IMG/VR virus record: IMGVR_UViG_3300032167_000030
DNA from: an uncultured virus (IMG/VR IMGVR_UViG_3300032167_000030)
Lineage: Duplodnaviria; Heunggongvirae; Uroviricota; Caudoviricetes
Direction: 5' to 3' (one strand)
Length of the DNA stretch: 64,000 bases
Positions within the stretch are counted from its first letter, which is position 1. Every line of letters begins with the position of its first letter. Made by a program: the position numbers and the translations under genes. The notes under the pieces are model-generated. The model did not search any database. It had not been told where the DNA came from and saw only the letters and a program-made list of their open reading frames with translations. Of this stretch, positions 41,905 to 51,981 are shown one piece after another.

Positions 41905-42339
41905 ATGATTATTAGTAAAGAATCGATATTTTCAAATGAGAATTATGAAGAGTATTATTATCAACTAAAAAATCTAGTTGGTAGAAATGAGTATTGGCGA
42001 ATATTTTGTGATGAATTACATAACCATATTAACTGCCATCCAAGAGATTATGAATTTGCAAAGATGCTAAACAATATATCTAAAGAAAAGGCTTGTGATT
42101 TACTTTCTTTCTTTGAGTCTAGTGAATTTAGTTATGAGCCTAGTATGAGAACTGAATTGTCTGATGGTATTTGTCCATATTTCTTTAAAGAGCCAAAACA
42201 TAGTAGAGTCTTTTGGGAAGAAAAAGACGAATACAATTTAATTAGTTTTAGTAGTGATAAAGAAATTGGAACTAAATCTTTTAGTTATACAGTTAAGTTT
42301 GATTCTACTAAGAATAAATGGTTTGTGATTAGTATGTGA
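41905..42339 (+). CDS. Hypothetical protein
   Basis: ATG 41905 after AAGGAG. Confidence 0.6.
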   Translation: MIISKESIFSNENYEEYYYQLKNLVGRNEYWRIFCDELHNHINCHPRDYEFAKMLNNISKEKACDLLSFFESSEFSYEPSMRTELSDGICPYFFKEPKHSRVFWEEKDEYNLISFSSDKEIGTKSFSYTVKFDSTKNKWFVISM

Positions 42340-42442
42340 TTATAAAAAAAGATAGTATTTTTATAATACTATCTTTTTTTATAATCTATATAAAGTAACT
42401 ACCAATATATTAATATGTACTATAAAAGTAGGTGAACTAAAT

Positions 42443-43102
42443 ATGATTTTAAATGATAATCAGCTATATATACAATCACAATGTATATTCTTAAATGAAA
42501 CATTGGAAACTAAATTAACTAAACCATTTATAGGTAAAGAAATTACTTTATATCATGCTTCTTCTTTTAGTTTAAGTAACATTAATCCAAATTCATATAA
42601 TGCTGGAACTAGATTATCTACTGGTAGAATGTCTTCTTTCTGGTTTAATAATATAGAACATTCAAAAACTTTTGCAGTTTATGAATACTTAGGAAAATTA
42701 ATCAAAAATGATATTAACATTAAATGTGCTTTTGATATTCCTAATATGAAAGTATTAGTAGATAAAAAAGATAAAGAAAAGTTTATAAAACTATTTACAT
42801 CAGATAAAGTTTTTATTTATGAAAAAACTGTACCTACAAAATTAGTAGGTAGAGGGCATGATAAATCTATTGAAGAGTTCACTATTGATGTCCCAGTAAA
42901 ACCAGATAAAACTTATGTTTTAACATATAAAGATTTAGAGGATAAAATTATCTATACAGATAGTGATACTATTAAAAAAGTATTTAATGAATTTAAAAAA
43001 CATAAATATAGTAGTAATCTAATAAATTCTTTAGTATATCATAAAGATTATAAAGAATATACAAAAGAATTAAAAAAATTGAATAGGGAAAGAAGTGATT
43101 AA
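42443..43102 (+). CDS. Hypothetical protein (possible ADP-ribosyltransferase-like fold)
   Basis: LYHAS strand and a late E residue weakly suggest an ART-like fold; late-like promoter variant. Confidence 0.4.
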   Translation: MILNDNQLYIQSQCIFLNETLETKLTKPFIGKEITLYHASSFSLSNINPNSYNAGTRLSTGRMSSFWFNNIEHSKTFAVYEYLGKLIKNDINIKCAFDIPNMKVLVDKKDKEKFIKLFTSDKVFIYEKTVPTKLVGRGHDKSIEEFTIDVPVKPDKTYVLTYKDLEDKIIYTDSDTIKKVFNEFKKHKYSSNLINSLVYHKDYKEYTKELKKLNRERSD

Positions 43103-43694
43103 AATGTCTAAAATTAAAAATGATGCAGATCTATTAGACGAAGCAGCTACTTTAGTAAAGAATACTGATTTATCAGACATTATAGATGATGAGTATGATT
43201 GTATTGATAAAATAACTCCAGAAGAGTTAGAAAAAGCTCGTAAGAAATATCAAAAGGATATGTTTCTTAAGAAACTCGATATTACTGAATTTGAATTAAT
43301 GAGATTTATTCATAAGGATTATGATTTAGCTGATGTTAGAAATGAATTAGAAGTTAGTAAATTCTTTTCTTCTTTAGCTAAAGATGTTTATCATGATATG
43401 GAACCTATGATTTATGATAATGGTACTCGTTTAATTCGTGATGAAAAGTTTTTAAGACAGATTAAAGATAAGAAATTTCAACGTTATGTTTCTATTAGAA
43501 AAAATTTTTATGCTCTTAAAAGAAAGCTTGAAAAGTCTGATGCTAGTAATAAGGATTATATCAATACTGAGATAATGACTATTACTAAAAAATTGGATGA
43601 ATATATTTCTTCTTATCTATTAACTCTATTAGTTATGAGTAATAAAGAACAATTAATAGAATTTATTAATTGTAAATTAAAGAATAAAAGATAA
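43095..43694 (+). CDS. Hypothetical protein
   Basis: ORF overlapping the previous stop codon. Confidence 0.6.
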   Translation: MIKMSKIKNDADLLDEAATLVKNTDLSDIIDDEYDCIDKITPEELEKARKKYQKDMFLKKLDITEFELMRFIHKDYDLADVRNELEVSKFFSSLAKDVYHDMEPMIYDNGTRLIRDEKFLRQIKDKKFQRYVSIRKNFYALKRKLEKSDASNKDYINTEIMTITKKLDEYISSYLLTLLVMSNKEQLIEFINCKLKNKR

Positions 43695-43707
43695 TGAACA
43701 TTTTATT

Positions 43708-44106
43708 AATAGGTAAGTGATATACTTATAATGTCTTAGTATAAAACCCTTTACTTAAGAGTTGTAAGTAATTATATGATGTTTTAGATTTAAAAAGAGT
43801 AATTACTATCTTGTTTTTTTCTCGCAGATAGTATAAATCTAAAAGGAAATGGTCGTGAATTTCTTCATATTAAGCTTACTAAATAAGATTCTATATTTTT
43901 CTGCCGGGGTGAAAGTTAATATAGAATAGGTCATAGAATTTTTATGGCGAAAGATTCTGTGGAACATAGTCCTTTCTGATTTTCGTATGTGGTCCTCCTC
44001 TTGTGTGATTTGTCCGTGTTTTTATTTTTGTTCTCCTTATTTTTGGTTTTGTGTCGTGAAAATTTAAGTCTAACTACTGTAAAAAGTAGTTAGACTTAAA
44101 TTTTTT
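43708..44106 (+). ncRNA. Candidate structured non-coding RNA
   Basis: Late-type promoter 43697-43708, several inverted repeats, no ORF of 60 aa or more, strong terminator 44059-44106. Confidence 0.45.
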
Positions 44107-44112
44107 CTATTA

Positions 44113-44265
44113 TTACTTAGATTTGTAATTATCATTGAAATTAAAAGAAGCTAAAGTACCATCTTCAGTAATTATACGATTATAATCCTGCTTAGTAGTT
44201 TGTCTTCTTTTCTTTTCTTCCTCTTCTTTTTGTTTCTTTTGTCTCAGTCTTTCAATTTCAGTCAT
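44113..44265 (-). CDS. Small charged protein, 50 aa (not in ORF track)
   Basis: RBS AAGGAGG; MTEIERLRQKKQKEEEEKKRRQ...KSK*. Confidence 0.65.
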   Translation of the reverse strand: MTEIERLRQKKQKEEEEKKRRQTTKQDYNRIITEDGTLASFNFNDNYKSK

Positions 44266-44294
44266 AGTTAATTAACCTCCTTAAAATGAAAATA

Positions 44295-45086
44295 TTACTT
44301 AAATTCTTTGTATTCTAAGAAAGTACACATATCATATAACTCTTTCTTATTACTAGTTACATTTTCATTAGTCATATTTTTAGTAGATACTCTAATAAAT
44401 CCACCTCTATGTTTAATACCTGCTAATTTACCACGCATAGAACTGACTGAGAAATCTTTATAAGTTCCTTCATAAAGATTATATACTTTTCTATTAGTTT
44501 TATCAGCATCAGCTAAATCTTTAGGTGTTACTAGATTAATTGGCTTATTTACAATACTAATACCTGCAAAGTTACAAACAGCAGCTACGAATTCTGAACA
44601 TACTAGTTTTAAACTATCTACTTTAACCTGTATTTTGAATACATTACGTACTAAATTAACAAAATCGTATTTAGTATCCTTACTATGTTTATTATAGTAT
44701 GAAATTCTATTTCTTATAATCTTATAGTATTTTTCTCTTACAAAAAATACATTTACTTTAAAATAAACATCTTCTGATTTTAGTTCTTCGATATAACCAG
44801 CTAAGCTTTCATTACTAAAACCACCCATTCTTAGATTGTCAAAATTGAATGAATATAAGTTTTTAAAAGCTAAATCAAAACCAATGGCAGCATGACTATA
44901 TGGAGATTTGGTAAATTTCTGTATTGCTTTAGATGCAATACAATTACCTGATAAACAGAAAATATAAATAGGATACATTTTTTCATTATTTTGTATAATG
45001 TAATTAGTTTTAGATTCACTGAAAATAGAATAGGATGCATCTTCTAAACAACAAGATCTTTCATCAAACATATACTTTTTTATCAT
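44295..45086 (-). CDS. Permuted papain-like (YiiX/NlpC-P60) amidase
   Basis: SPYSHAAIG precedes YD..LVCSEFV (His before Cys). Confidence 0.75.
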   Translation of the reverse strand: MIKKYMFDERSCCLEDASYSIFSESKTNYIIQNNEKMYPIYIFCLSGNCIASKAIQKFTKSPYSHAAIGFDLAFKNLYSFNFDNLRMGGFSNESLAGYIEELKSEDVYFKVNVFFVREKYYKIIRNRISYYNKHSKDTKYDFVNLVRNVFKIQVKVDSLKLVCSEFVAAVCNFAGISIVNKPINLVTPKDLADADKTNRKVYNLYEGTYKDFSVSSMRGKLAGIKHRGGFIRVSTKNMTNENVTSNKKELYDMCTFLEYKEFK

Positions 45087-45090
45087 CCTT

Positions 45091-47550
45091 TCAATTAAAT
45101 TTCTTTTTTACAGATTTACCTTTATATCTACCTTGTTTATAAAACTTTAAGTATTCTCTTAATGTATGAACTTTATAATTATGAGAATTGATATAAACAT
45201 TGATATGCCCTTCAGCAGGTATGTTCCAATATTCTTTTTCATCATGAATATGTCCATGAACATTGATCTTATTTTTTGGATCTTCAGGACAATGAGAGAA
45301 AATGTAATCATCATTTTCTAATCTATCGGAAACAAAGGTAAATCCCATATCGTAGTAATCTTTTAATGATAAGTTATCATGATTACCAAGTATTAAGATT
45401 TTCTTACTTACATTAAGTCTCTGTATAAAAGATTTAAGATATTCTTTTTGATTAGCATCACCTTTATTACCTAGATCACCAAGAATCATTAATACACCAT
45501 CTACTGAAACTTTAGCATTAATCTCACTAACTAGAATATTAGCTAAGTTAGCTGAGTTACGATTCTTATGATTTAGATGTAAATCTGAAGTAATAAACAT
45601 ATCCTCATTAATATAAGGCAGAATTAGACTCTTTTGTACTTGATCTTCATATTCATTAGCATTTAGTTTTATATAATAACAACCATTTTCATCTTTATGG
45701 TTAGTATAACGATCGATACCAGTAATTACATCTGTAGATTGGTCTTTGTAATCAACTACTTTACTATTTGGTGCAGCAGTAGCATCTATATCTTCAAATA
45801 GTACTACATCTTCCAAAAGCTTTTTACCACGTTTTCTTAAGATAGTATTTAGTCTATCTAAGTATTTACCATAAGAATTAGTAGTATACTCCATAATTGC
45901 ACATAATAAGGTTTTAGTAGGATCTTTAGTATAATCTCCGTCTACTATACCTAATACGTATTCATATTGAGTGGAATCTTTATTCTTTAGAATTTCTATG
46001 AAATAAGAAATTAGATTCTTACCTTTATACCATGCAGTTACTTTTATAATACCAGTTGTTTTGATATGTTTTACTTCACTAGAAGATGCACCTAGTTCCT
46101 TACATAACTGTTGTAAAGAAATTTCTTTATGGTTTTTAGCTATTCTAGAAATATCTAAACAACTATCATAAGCTTTTCTATATTCTTTAATTGCTTTTTC
46201 GATTTTATGAGAATCAGAATTCTTAATTCTTCTTGCAATAAACTTACCGATTTTGAATGGTAACTTTACTATGAACTTAATGATATCCCAAATAATAGCA
46301 CTTAAGATACCATCATCTTCATTAACTATTATTTCTCCTCTATTTTCTGTTAAATCATCTTTTCTATATTTTTTAAATTCTCCTCTTGTAAATATATTGC
46401 TATCAATATCTTTATTATTTTCCATCATAGCTTGAGGTTTTTGTATAACACTAGAAGAATTCTTATCTCTATCAGCAGTATTTTTAACTACATCAACTGG
46501 TTCACTAGTGTCTAACTTAGATGAATAGAAGTCTTCGGAATAAGTAAGATTACTTTCTTCAGGCTCATAGAATTCATCATAGTCAAACATGTTAGGACAA
46601 TCTTTAGTAGCTGGTCTAACAGTATTGTTTACATATGGATTTCTTATAGTTTTCCCAGCCAATGGAGCTACACAAGCTAATCCAGCTACAGATGTTTCTT
46701 TTAAACAATCTAAGTAATTTTCTAATTGAGTTACTATATCATTAGAATTTTCTAATTGATCTATAGAATCTATTAATTTCTCATCCATAATACTTTGCAT
46801 ATCTAGTTTTGAAGTATTTCCAGATAACATAAATCCAGAATCTTCATTAATAGCTAGTTTTCGTTTCATTATGGTTTTATAGTTACTATCAGAAACTACT
46901 TCAAATCCATTATTCTTAAAAAAATTGATAGTTTTGTCATTATCAGATTTAATACTGACTCTAGTAGCTAACTTACCAGTATTAGTATTTAGTAACTTAC
47001 TACCAATACCTTGATTAGTATAAATTGGATTAACTTCAAGGTCGTTTAGATAACCAGATTTAGTATCAACTTGAATAAATCCAGCTACTTGATCTTTACT
47101 ATCAATTAGTAATGTTCCTTTTCTATCTTTACTTTCCTGAATACAGTTTAGTTTAGAGTAGTATTTGCTATACTTTTCAATGTTTCCTTCAGTTAAAGGT
47201 AACTGATAGAAATCTACAAAGTTTAGAAATGGATTATTCTCACTTAACTTTTTTTGTTTTCTATTAGTATTTAGAATATCAGACTGTTGTGATTTAGATA
47301 AATATTTGAAAACTAGAGATTTCTCTGATATTTCTACAGAAAATTTTTTAGCTGCCTTATAAATATTTTCCGCTAATTCTTTTCTATGTTCCTCTGGACA
47401 ATGACCAAACATTTGTATAGCTTTTCTTACATGTTCGGCATCATGTAATGGAAATTGTCTAGTTTTTGGTAAACCAAAATCAGAATCTGCTAACTTATCA
47501 CGTTCAGCTTTTACTAAAGCAGATTCAGTGTATATATTATATAGATTCAT
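45091..47550 (-). CDS. Multidomain protein: small N-terminal domain, GNAT acetyltransferase and calcineurin-like metallophosphoesterase
   Basis: DSDFGLP..RQFPLHD..HVR.AI; V.P.Y.NQGIGSKLL..FF..NGF; SDLH, LGD, GNHD, SH, HGHIH. Confidence 0.75.
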   Translation of the reverse strand: MNLYNIYTESALVKAERDKLADSDFGLPKTRQFPLHDAEHVRKAIQMFGHCPEEHRKELAENIYKAAKKFSVEISEKSLVFKYLSKSQQSDILNTNRKQKKLSENNPFLNFVDFYQLPLTEGNIEKYSKYYSKLNCIQESKDRKGTLLIDSKDQVAGFIQVDTKSGYLNDLEVNPIYTNQGIGSKLLNTNTGKLATRVSIKSDNDKTINFFKNNGFEVVSDSNYKTIMKRKLAINEDSGFMLSGNTSKLDMQSIMDEKLIDSIDQLENSNDIVTQLENYLDCLKETSVAGLACVAPLAGKTIRNPYVNNTVRPATKDCPNMFDYDEFYEPEESNLTYSEDFYSSKLDTSEPVDVVKNTADRDKNSSSVIQKPQAMMENNKDIDSNIFTRGEFKKYRKDDLTENRGEIIVNEDDGILSAIIWDIIKFIVKLPFKIGKFIARRIKNSDSHKIEKAIKEYRKAYDSCLDISRIAKNHKEISLQQLCKELGASSSEVKHIKTTGIIKVTAWYKGKNLISYFIEILKNKDSTQYEYVLGIVDGDYTKDPTKTLLCAIMEYTTNSYGKYLDRLNTILRKRGKKLLEDVVLFEDIDATAAPNSKVVDYKDQSTDVITGIDRYTNHKDENGCYYIKLNANEYEDQVQKSLILPYINEDMFITSDLHLNHKNRNSANLANILVSEINAKVSVDGVLMILGDLGNKGDANQKEYLKSFIQRLNVSKKILILGNHDNLSLKDYYDMGFTFVSDRLENDDYIFSHCPEDPKNKINVHGHIHDEKEYWNIPAEGHINVYINSHNYKVHTLREYLKFYKQGRYKGKSVKKKFN

Positions 47551-47679
47551 CGTATATAATTCACCTACTTTTATATGATTTTCTTATTGTTTATAATGTA
47601 TTGTTAAGGTAAAGTATTATAAAATAGACAAAAAAAGATGCTAGTTCTCATTAGAAAACTAGCATCTTTATAAAAGCTA

Positions 47680-49446
47680 TTAAGTCTTAGAAACGTTAAG
47701 AGTAACGTTACCTCTACCAAACAGTTTGAAAGTCATCTTGACAAAGTCAATTACTTCATCAATATTTTCTTCATTGAAAGAAAGACTAACAGTAGTGTCA
47801 TTGATAAAGTCTTTCTTCTTAGTAACAGGTTCTTCCTTCTTAGGAGGTTCTTTGATGAACTGTTCCTCTTCCTTAATATCTTCCTTAGTAACTACTACTT
47901 CTTCTTTAACATCTTCTTCAATCTTAGTTGCAAGAGCTTCTTCCAACTCAGAATTAGACATTACAGGAGTTTCTTCTTTAACAACAGTAGCAGTAACTAC
48001 AGGAGCTTCAATAGGTTTAGTGCTAACAAATTCCCATCTAATAGAACTATCATCAGAAAGAATAGGATTATCAAGAGTAATCTTCTTCAGAGTGAAATTT
48101 TCATTTCTGAAAGAATTACCTGCAATGAGATTATCAATAGTCTTAATCAGAGTATCATTAGAATCTAGTTCAAATCCTTCTTTCTCAATAGCAGACTTGA
48201 AGTCATAGATGGAAATCCAACTCTGATTTTCACTATGGCTCTGTTTGATAGTTTCTCTAGTAATTCTAATAAGACTAGACAGATTAATTACTTTACGATT
48301 AGTGTTATCATATTCATCCACCTGATCTTTATCAAAATTAGTAACTCTAGAATCATTTTTGTATACACGTACTGCTTGTTTAGTAATTTTCTTACAAAAG
48401 TCTTCCCATGTATCAACTCTAAGAGAATTTTTATTTTTGCAAATACCAAAATAGTTTTTAGCGAATGCTTCAAAACCACTTGCAGAAAACTTATATTTAC
48501 TATAACTATTAGAATTGAAAACTTCCAAAATGAAATTTTGACATTCTTCAAAGGTATTGAATGTTTCTAATTTTTTCTTAATCTCATTTTTTCGAAGATC
48601 ATCGAAAATAAGATGTCTTGCTTTGACCTGTCTAAAATAGTTTACGGAAGGAATACCCAAAATCTTTTCGATTTCATCATGCTTCAGATCATAATCTTTT
48701 AATAGAGTGGTGATTCTATCTTTTCTGGTGTTTTCAGGAAGTTTCAGGAATTCAATAATAGAAATAGGTTTCTTATAGTAATCATCAGATTTCTTAATCT
48801 GATGCTGACTATCAATATTTGAAGTCTTATTTAAAAATTCAACTTTATCTACCAAACCAGTAGTAATATCTACAGTAGTTTTAGTTTCTTGCATTGTTTG
48901 TTCCTCTTTCTTTTTCAAAATATCAGTATTTAATATGAGAGTATAGTTTTCAGGAATATCTTTGAAAAATTCATTCTTAGCAGGAATAAAATTTGTTGTA
49001 TCATCCATTCCAAATAAACTACAGTAGAATTTTAATTCATTCAATGAAATTTTGTAACGTCTCAGAATAGTATGAACACTATACATTGCAAACATAGATG
49101 TTATTCTTTTTCTGATTTCTTTACATGTAACATTTTCTGCTTCCAAGAGCATGTTAAGTTCTTTTTCAAACAGATTTTTTTCTTCGAAAATAGAGATCTT
49201 GTTGTTAATAAAGAACTTACATACAGTAGTTTTGCTAGATCCCCATTTTTTAATCAATTCTTCTAACGTGAATAACTTTGTAATTCGTTGCAAGTATTTT
49301 CTACGATAAATAGGATCTACTTGCTTAGAAGATAATGTACTAAAAGAAAGCAAAACATCATTTTTAGTAATTGCATTAAGCTGTCTTTCCATTTCCTCCA
49401 TAGACATATTCTTTTTTAGTAAGGTTTTCTTTATTGGTTGTGCCAT
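47680..49446 (-). CDS. Large hypothetical early protein
   Basis: RBS AAAGGAGG, early-type promoter at ~49492-49502; possible HTH-like segments. Confidence 0.6.
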   Translation of the reverse strand: MAQPIKKTLLKKNMSMEEMERQLNAITKNDVLLSFSTLSSKQVDPIYRRKYLQRITKLFTLEELIKKWGSSKTTVCKFFINNKISIFEEKNLFEKELNMLLEAENVTCKEIRKRITSMFAMYSVHTILRRYKISLNELKFYCSLFGMDDTTNFIPAKNEFFKDIPENYTLILNTDILKKKEEQTMQETKTTVDITTGLVDKVEFLNKTSNIDSQHQIKKSDDYYKKPISIIEFLKLPENTRKDRITTLLKDYDLKHDEIEKILGIPSVNYFRQVKARHLIFDDLRKNEIKKKLETFNTFEECQNFILEVFNSNSYSKYKFSASGFEAFAKNYFGICKNKNSLRVDTWEDFCKKITKQAVRVYKNDSRVTNFDKDQVDEYDNTNRKVINLSSLIRITRETIKQSHSENQSWISIYDFKSAIEKEGFELDSNDTLIKTIDNLIAGNSFRNENFTLKKITLDNPILSDDSSIRWEFVSTKPIEAPVVTATVVKEETPVMSNSELEEALATKIEEDVKEEVVVTKEDIKEEEQFIKEPPKKEEPVTKKKDFINDTTVSLSFNEENIDEVIDFVKMTFKLFGRGNVTLNVSKT

Positions 49447-49572
49447 GTGTGATTAGTCCTCCTTTGTAAGTAACTATTATTGTATTACTTTTATAATATA
49501 TACTTAAAATTTGAATAAATACGTTAAAAAATTTTCTGTATAGGACTTATTATCCTATACAGAAAATTTAAC

Positions 49573-50760
49573 TTAATCTTTTCGTTCAGTTTTATCAGAG
49601 ATTCTTTCAGATGTAGAAGTTCTACGTTTTCTAGCATCTTCAGTTCTACGCAATTCTAAGCCATCAGTTACTAAGTCTGACATTAATCCAGCGCCTATCA
49701 TAAATACATCAACTGTATTAAGAGTGTATTTATTAGCTGGATCATTTTCTATATCATTTAGAGAACAATAACCCTGTTGTGCTATTTGTTTATATAGCTG
49801 TGTTTTAGCTACACTATCATCAGCTCTTGGACCCATCATCTCTTTTAATCCATCCTCGATTCCCCAAATTGAGGATGCAAAGTTCTCCGCTTCAGTTAAT
49901 CTAGCTACTTTGTCATCGCCAGAAAGCTGATTTGTACGTAGATTACGAGAATCTATTGATAGGCTATAAGAGTTCTTTTTCATCAACATCTGTTGGAGTT
50001 TGCGTATCATTATATCATTATTTCAAGTGTGTAGTCCATTAATCTACACTAATCTTTATATTTCAATAAAGTTTAGACTATATCTTCTATCATATAAGAT
50101 AGTTTTCTTATTTCAGATTCATTTAAATCCTACAAAAATAGTCGTTGAACTAAAAAAAAAGAAGTCACCTGTAAAGACTTCTTCAAAAATGATTTTTTGA
50201 TTATATACTTTTGGAAAGGAGGGATGAGTATAGACCAGCCTTAAAACTATACTCATTAGTATTCTCAGGGTTTTTAGAATACTTTTACGATCTCATGGAG
50301 TTGGGAACGTAATTAAAATATATAAACAAAAATTCATTTAATTTTTTAGCTGCTGATTAACTCTTTACTAAATGAGTATTTCCAGCATTTAAAGAAAATT
50401 TATAAGTTGAGCATATAATGAATTCTTTTACCCAACTGGTACTTTATACTTACTTCTAATTGGATTATCCATATTTCCATTATCACGATAGTATATATAC
50501 TCATCTAATGGAACATCTAGGTATTCTCCAGCTTCAATTAAATCTTTTAGCTTTGGTTCATTTTTATATGGTAAGATTTCCATATAAAAATTTTCCTCAT
50601 CATCTTTTAAGAAATTTTTTGCCCATTTAGAAAATTGATCATCATTCATAGATTTAAAAAAGACTTTATACTTGTTTCCGTTACTACCAGTCTTATCCAT
50701 TAAGTTCATAGTATTGATAATCATAGTTTCTATCTTTTTTCTTTTTTCTTGAATTGTCAA
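49573..50760 (-). CDS. Putative virion RNA polymerase beta C-terminal subunit, 2 exons: 50760-50430 and 50015-49573 (257 aa spliced)
   Basis: Spliced VPVGYIMIRKLQQ..TNQLSG..RLTEAE aligns with RpoB VGYMYMLKL..TQQPLG..RFGEME; late-type promoter at 50803. Confidence 0.75.
50016..50429 (-). ncRNA. Group I intron, 414 nt, with ~190-nt non-coding insert in P6
   Basis: P1 GUUGGGU/GCUCAAC; P10 UCAUUAUAU/AUAUAAUGA; P, Q, R and S elements; terminal G at 50016. Confidence 0.9.
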
Positions 50761-50886
50761 AACTAAAGATACCTCCTTTCATAATACTATTTATAGAATT
50801 GTTTTACTATGGATTTTCTTATTTCTTAAAACAAAACATTATTAAGCTTATCAAAAATAATAAAGATAAGGAGGTAAAAATGTTAT

Positions 50887-51390
50887 ATGAAATATGAGTT
50901 TATAAAATTAGAGGAAGATTTTAAATCTAATCAGAGAAATTTTTATTTAGATGAAAATAAAGATATTTGTATAGATCTTACTGAAATTTTCAAAATAAAT
51001 AAAAAATTAAAATTTCCTATTGGTATTTTTATAAATGGTATTCTATTAGAATCTGTTAATTATAGTTTTGCTAAGAATAAAGTTGTTATTAATAAAGATT
51101 ATCCTGTTTATTCTACTGATAGAATATATATGATTTTTACATCTTCAAGTGCTGGTAATAGTGGTTATATCTCTCAATACAAATTATATAATTTTAATGT
51201 ATTAGATGATACTACTGTAAACTTAAAGGAATCTTTAGTACTTCAAGCTAATAAAACTGTAATAGCAGTAATTGTAAATGGAATTCTATATTCTACTGAT
51301 TTATTTAAATTAAATGCTAACACAATTACATTTAATAGATATCGACCTGATGAAAAAGATGATTTAAGTATTTTAATTCTTAATAGATAA
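50887..51390 (+). CDS. Hypothetical virion protein
   Basis: Two I(F/V)NGIL beta-repeat modules; late-type promoter at 50830. Confidence 0.6.
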   Translation: MKYEFIKLEEDFKSNQRNFYLDENKDICIDLTEIFKINKKLKFPIGIFINGILLESVNYSFAKNKVVINKDYPVYSTDRIYMIFTSSSAGNSGYISQYKLYNFNVLDDTTVNLKESLVLQANKTVIAVIVNGILYSTDLFKLNANTITFNRYRPDEKDDLSILILNR

Positions 51391-51440
51391 TTGACTAAAA
51401 TAATGAGACTAACCTAATTTAAAGGTTAGTCTCATTATTT

Positions 51441-51800
51441 TTAATATGGATATTCAAAGGATAATTGATACTTATCAATTAGTATCATTGTATTGGCATA
51501 AAAATCAGTATATTTTAAACCATCTTTAAAGAAAATATTCTCATCATCAATATATTGTATATTGGTATGATTTATAGCTATAAATTTGTAACAAATATCC
51601 TCTAATGGCGGAAGAGCATATCTATCTTCAAATTTTTTAAAAATATTGATTATGTATTCCAATGATTTATTAATAGTGAATTTTTCATTATTAGATAAAC
51701 AAATCTCGCTTCTATTTTCATTAATACTAAATATTTCAATCCAATCAATATTTTCATCATTTTTAATTATAGATGTTAATGTAGTTTCTCCTATATACAT
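51441..51800 (-). CDS. Hypothetical protein (LytTR-like?)
   Basis: RBS AGGAGG; weak resemblance only. Confidence 0.45.
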   Translation of the reverse strand: MYIGETTLTSIIKNDENIDWIEIFSINENRSEICLSNNEKFTINKSLEYIINIFKKFEDRYALPPLEDICYKFIAINHTNIQYIDDENIFFKDGLKYTDFYANTMILIDKYQLSFEYPY

Positions 51801-51981
51801 AATTCTAAAACTATCCTCCTTTATACAAATACTTTATACAAAGTATAATTTTTTGTTAAACTAAAAATACTATAGAAAGTAAAATAATATATCTTATAAA
51901 AAGGAAACAAATATATAAGAAAGTAAAAAATATATAGATTCGTTTTATATAAAACTAAAATAGAAAGGGGAGCAATAGTAT

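Noticed and set aside
43708..44106. tRNA, tmRNA or group I intron in the ORF-free gap
   Set aside because: No T-loop/CCA cloverleaf and no P/Q/R/S core elements seen
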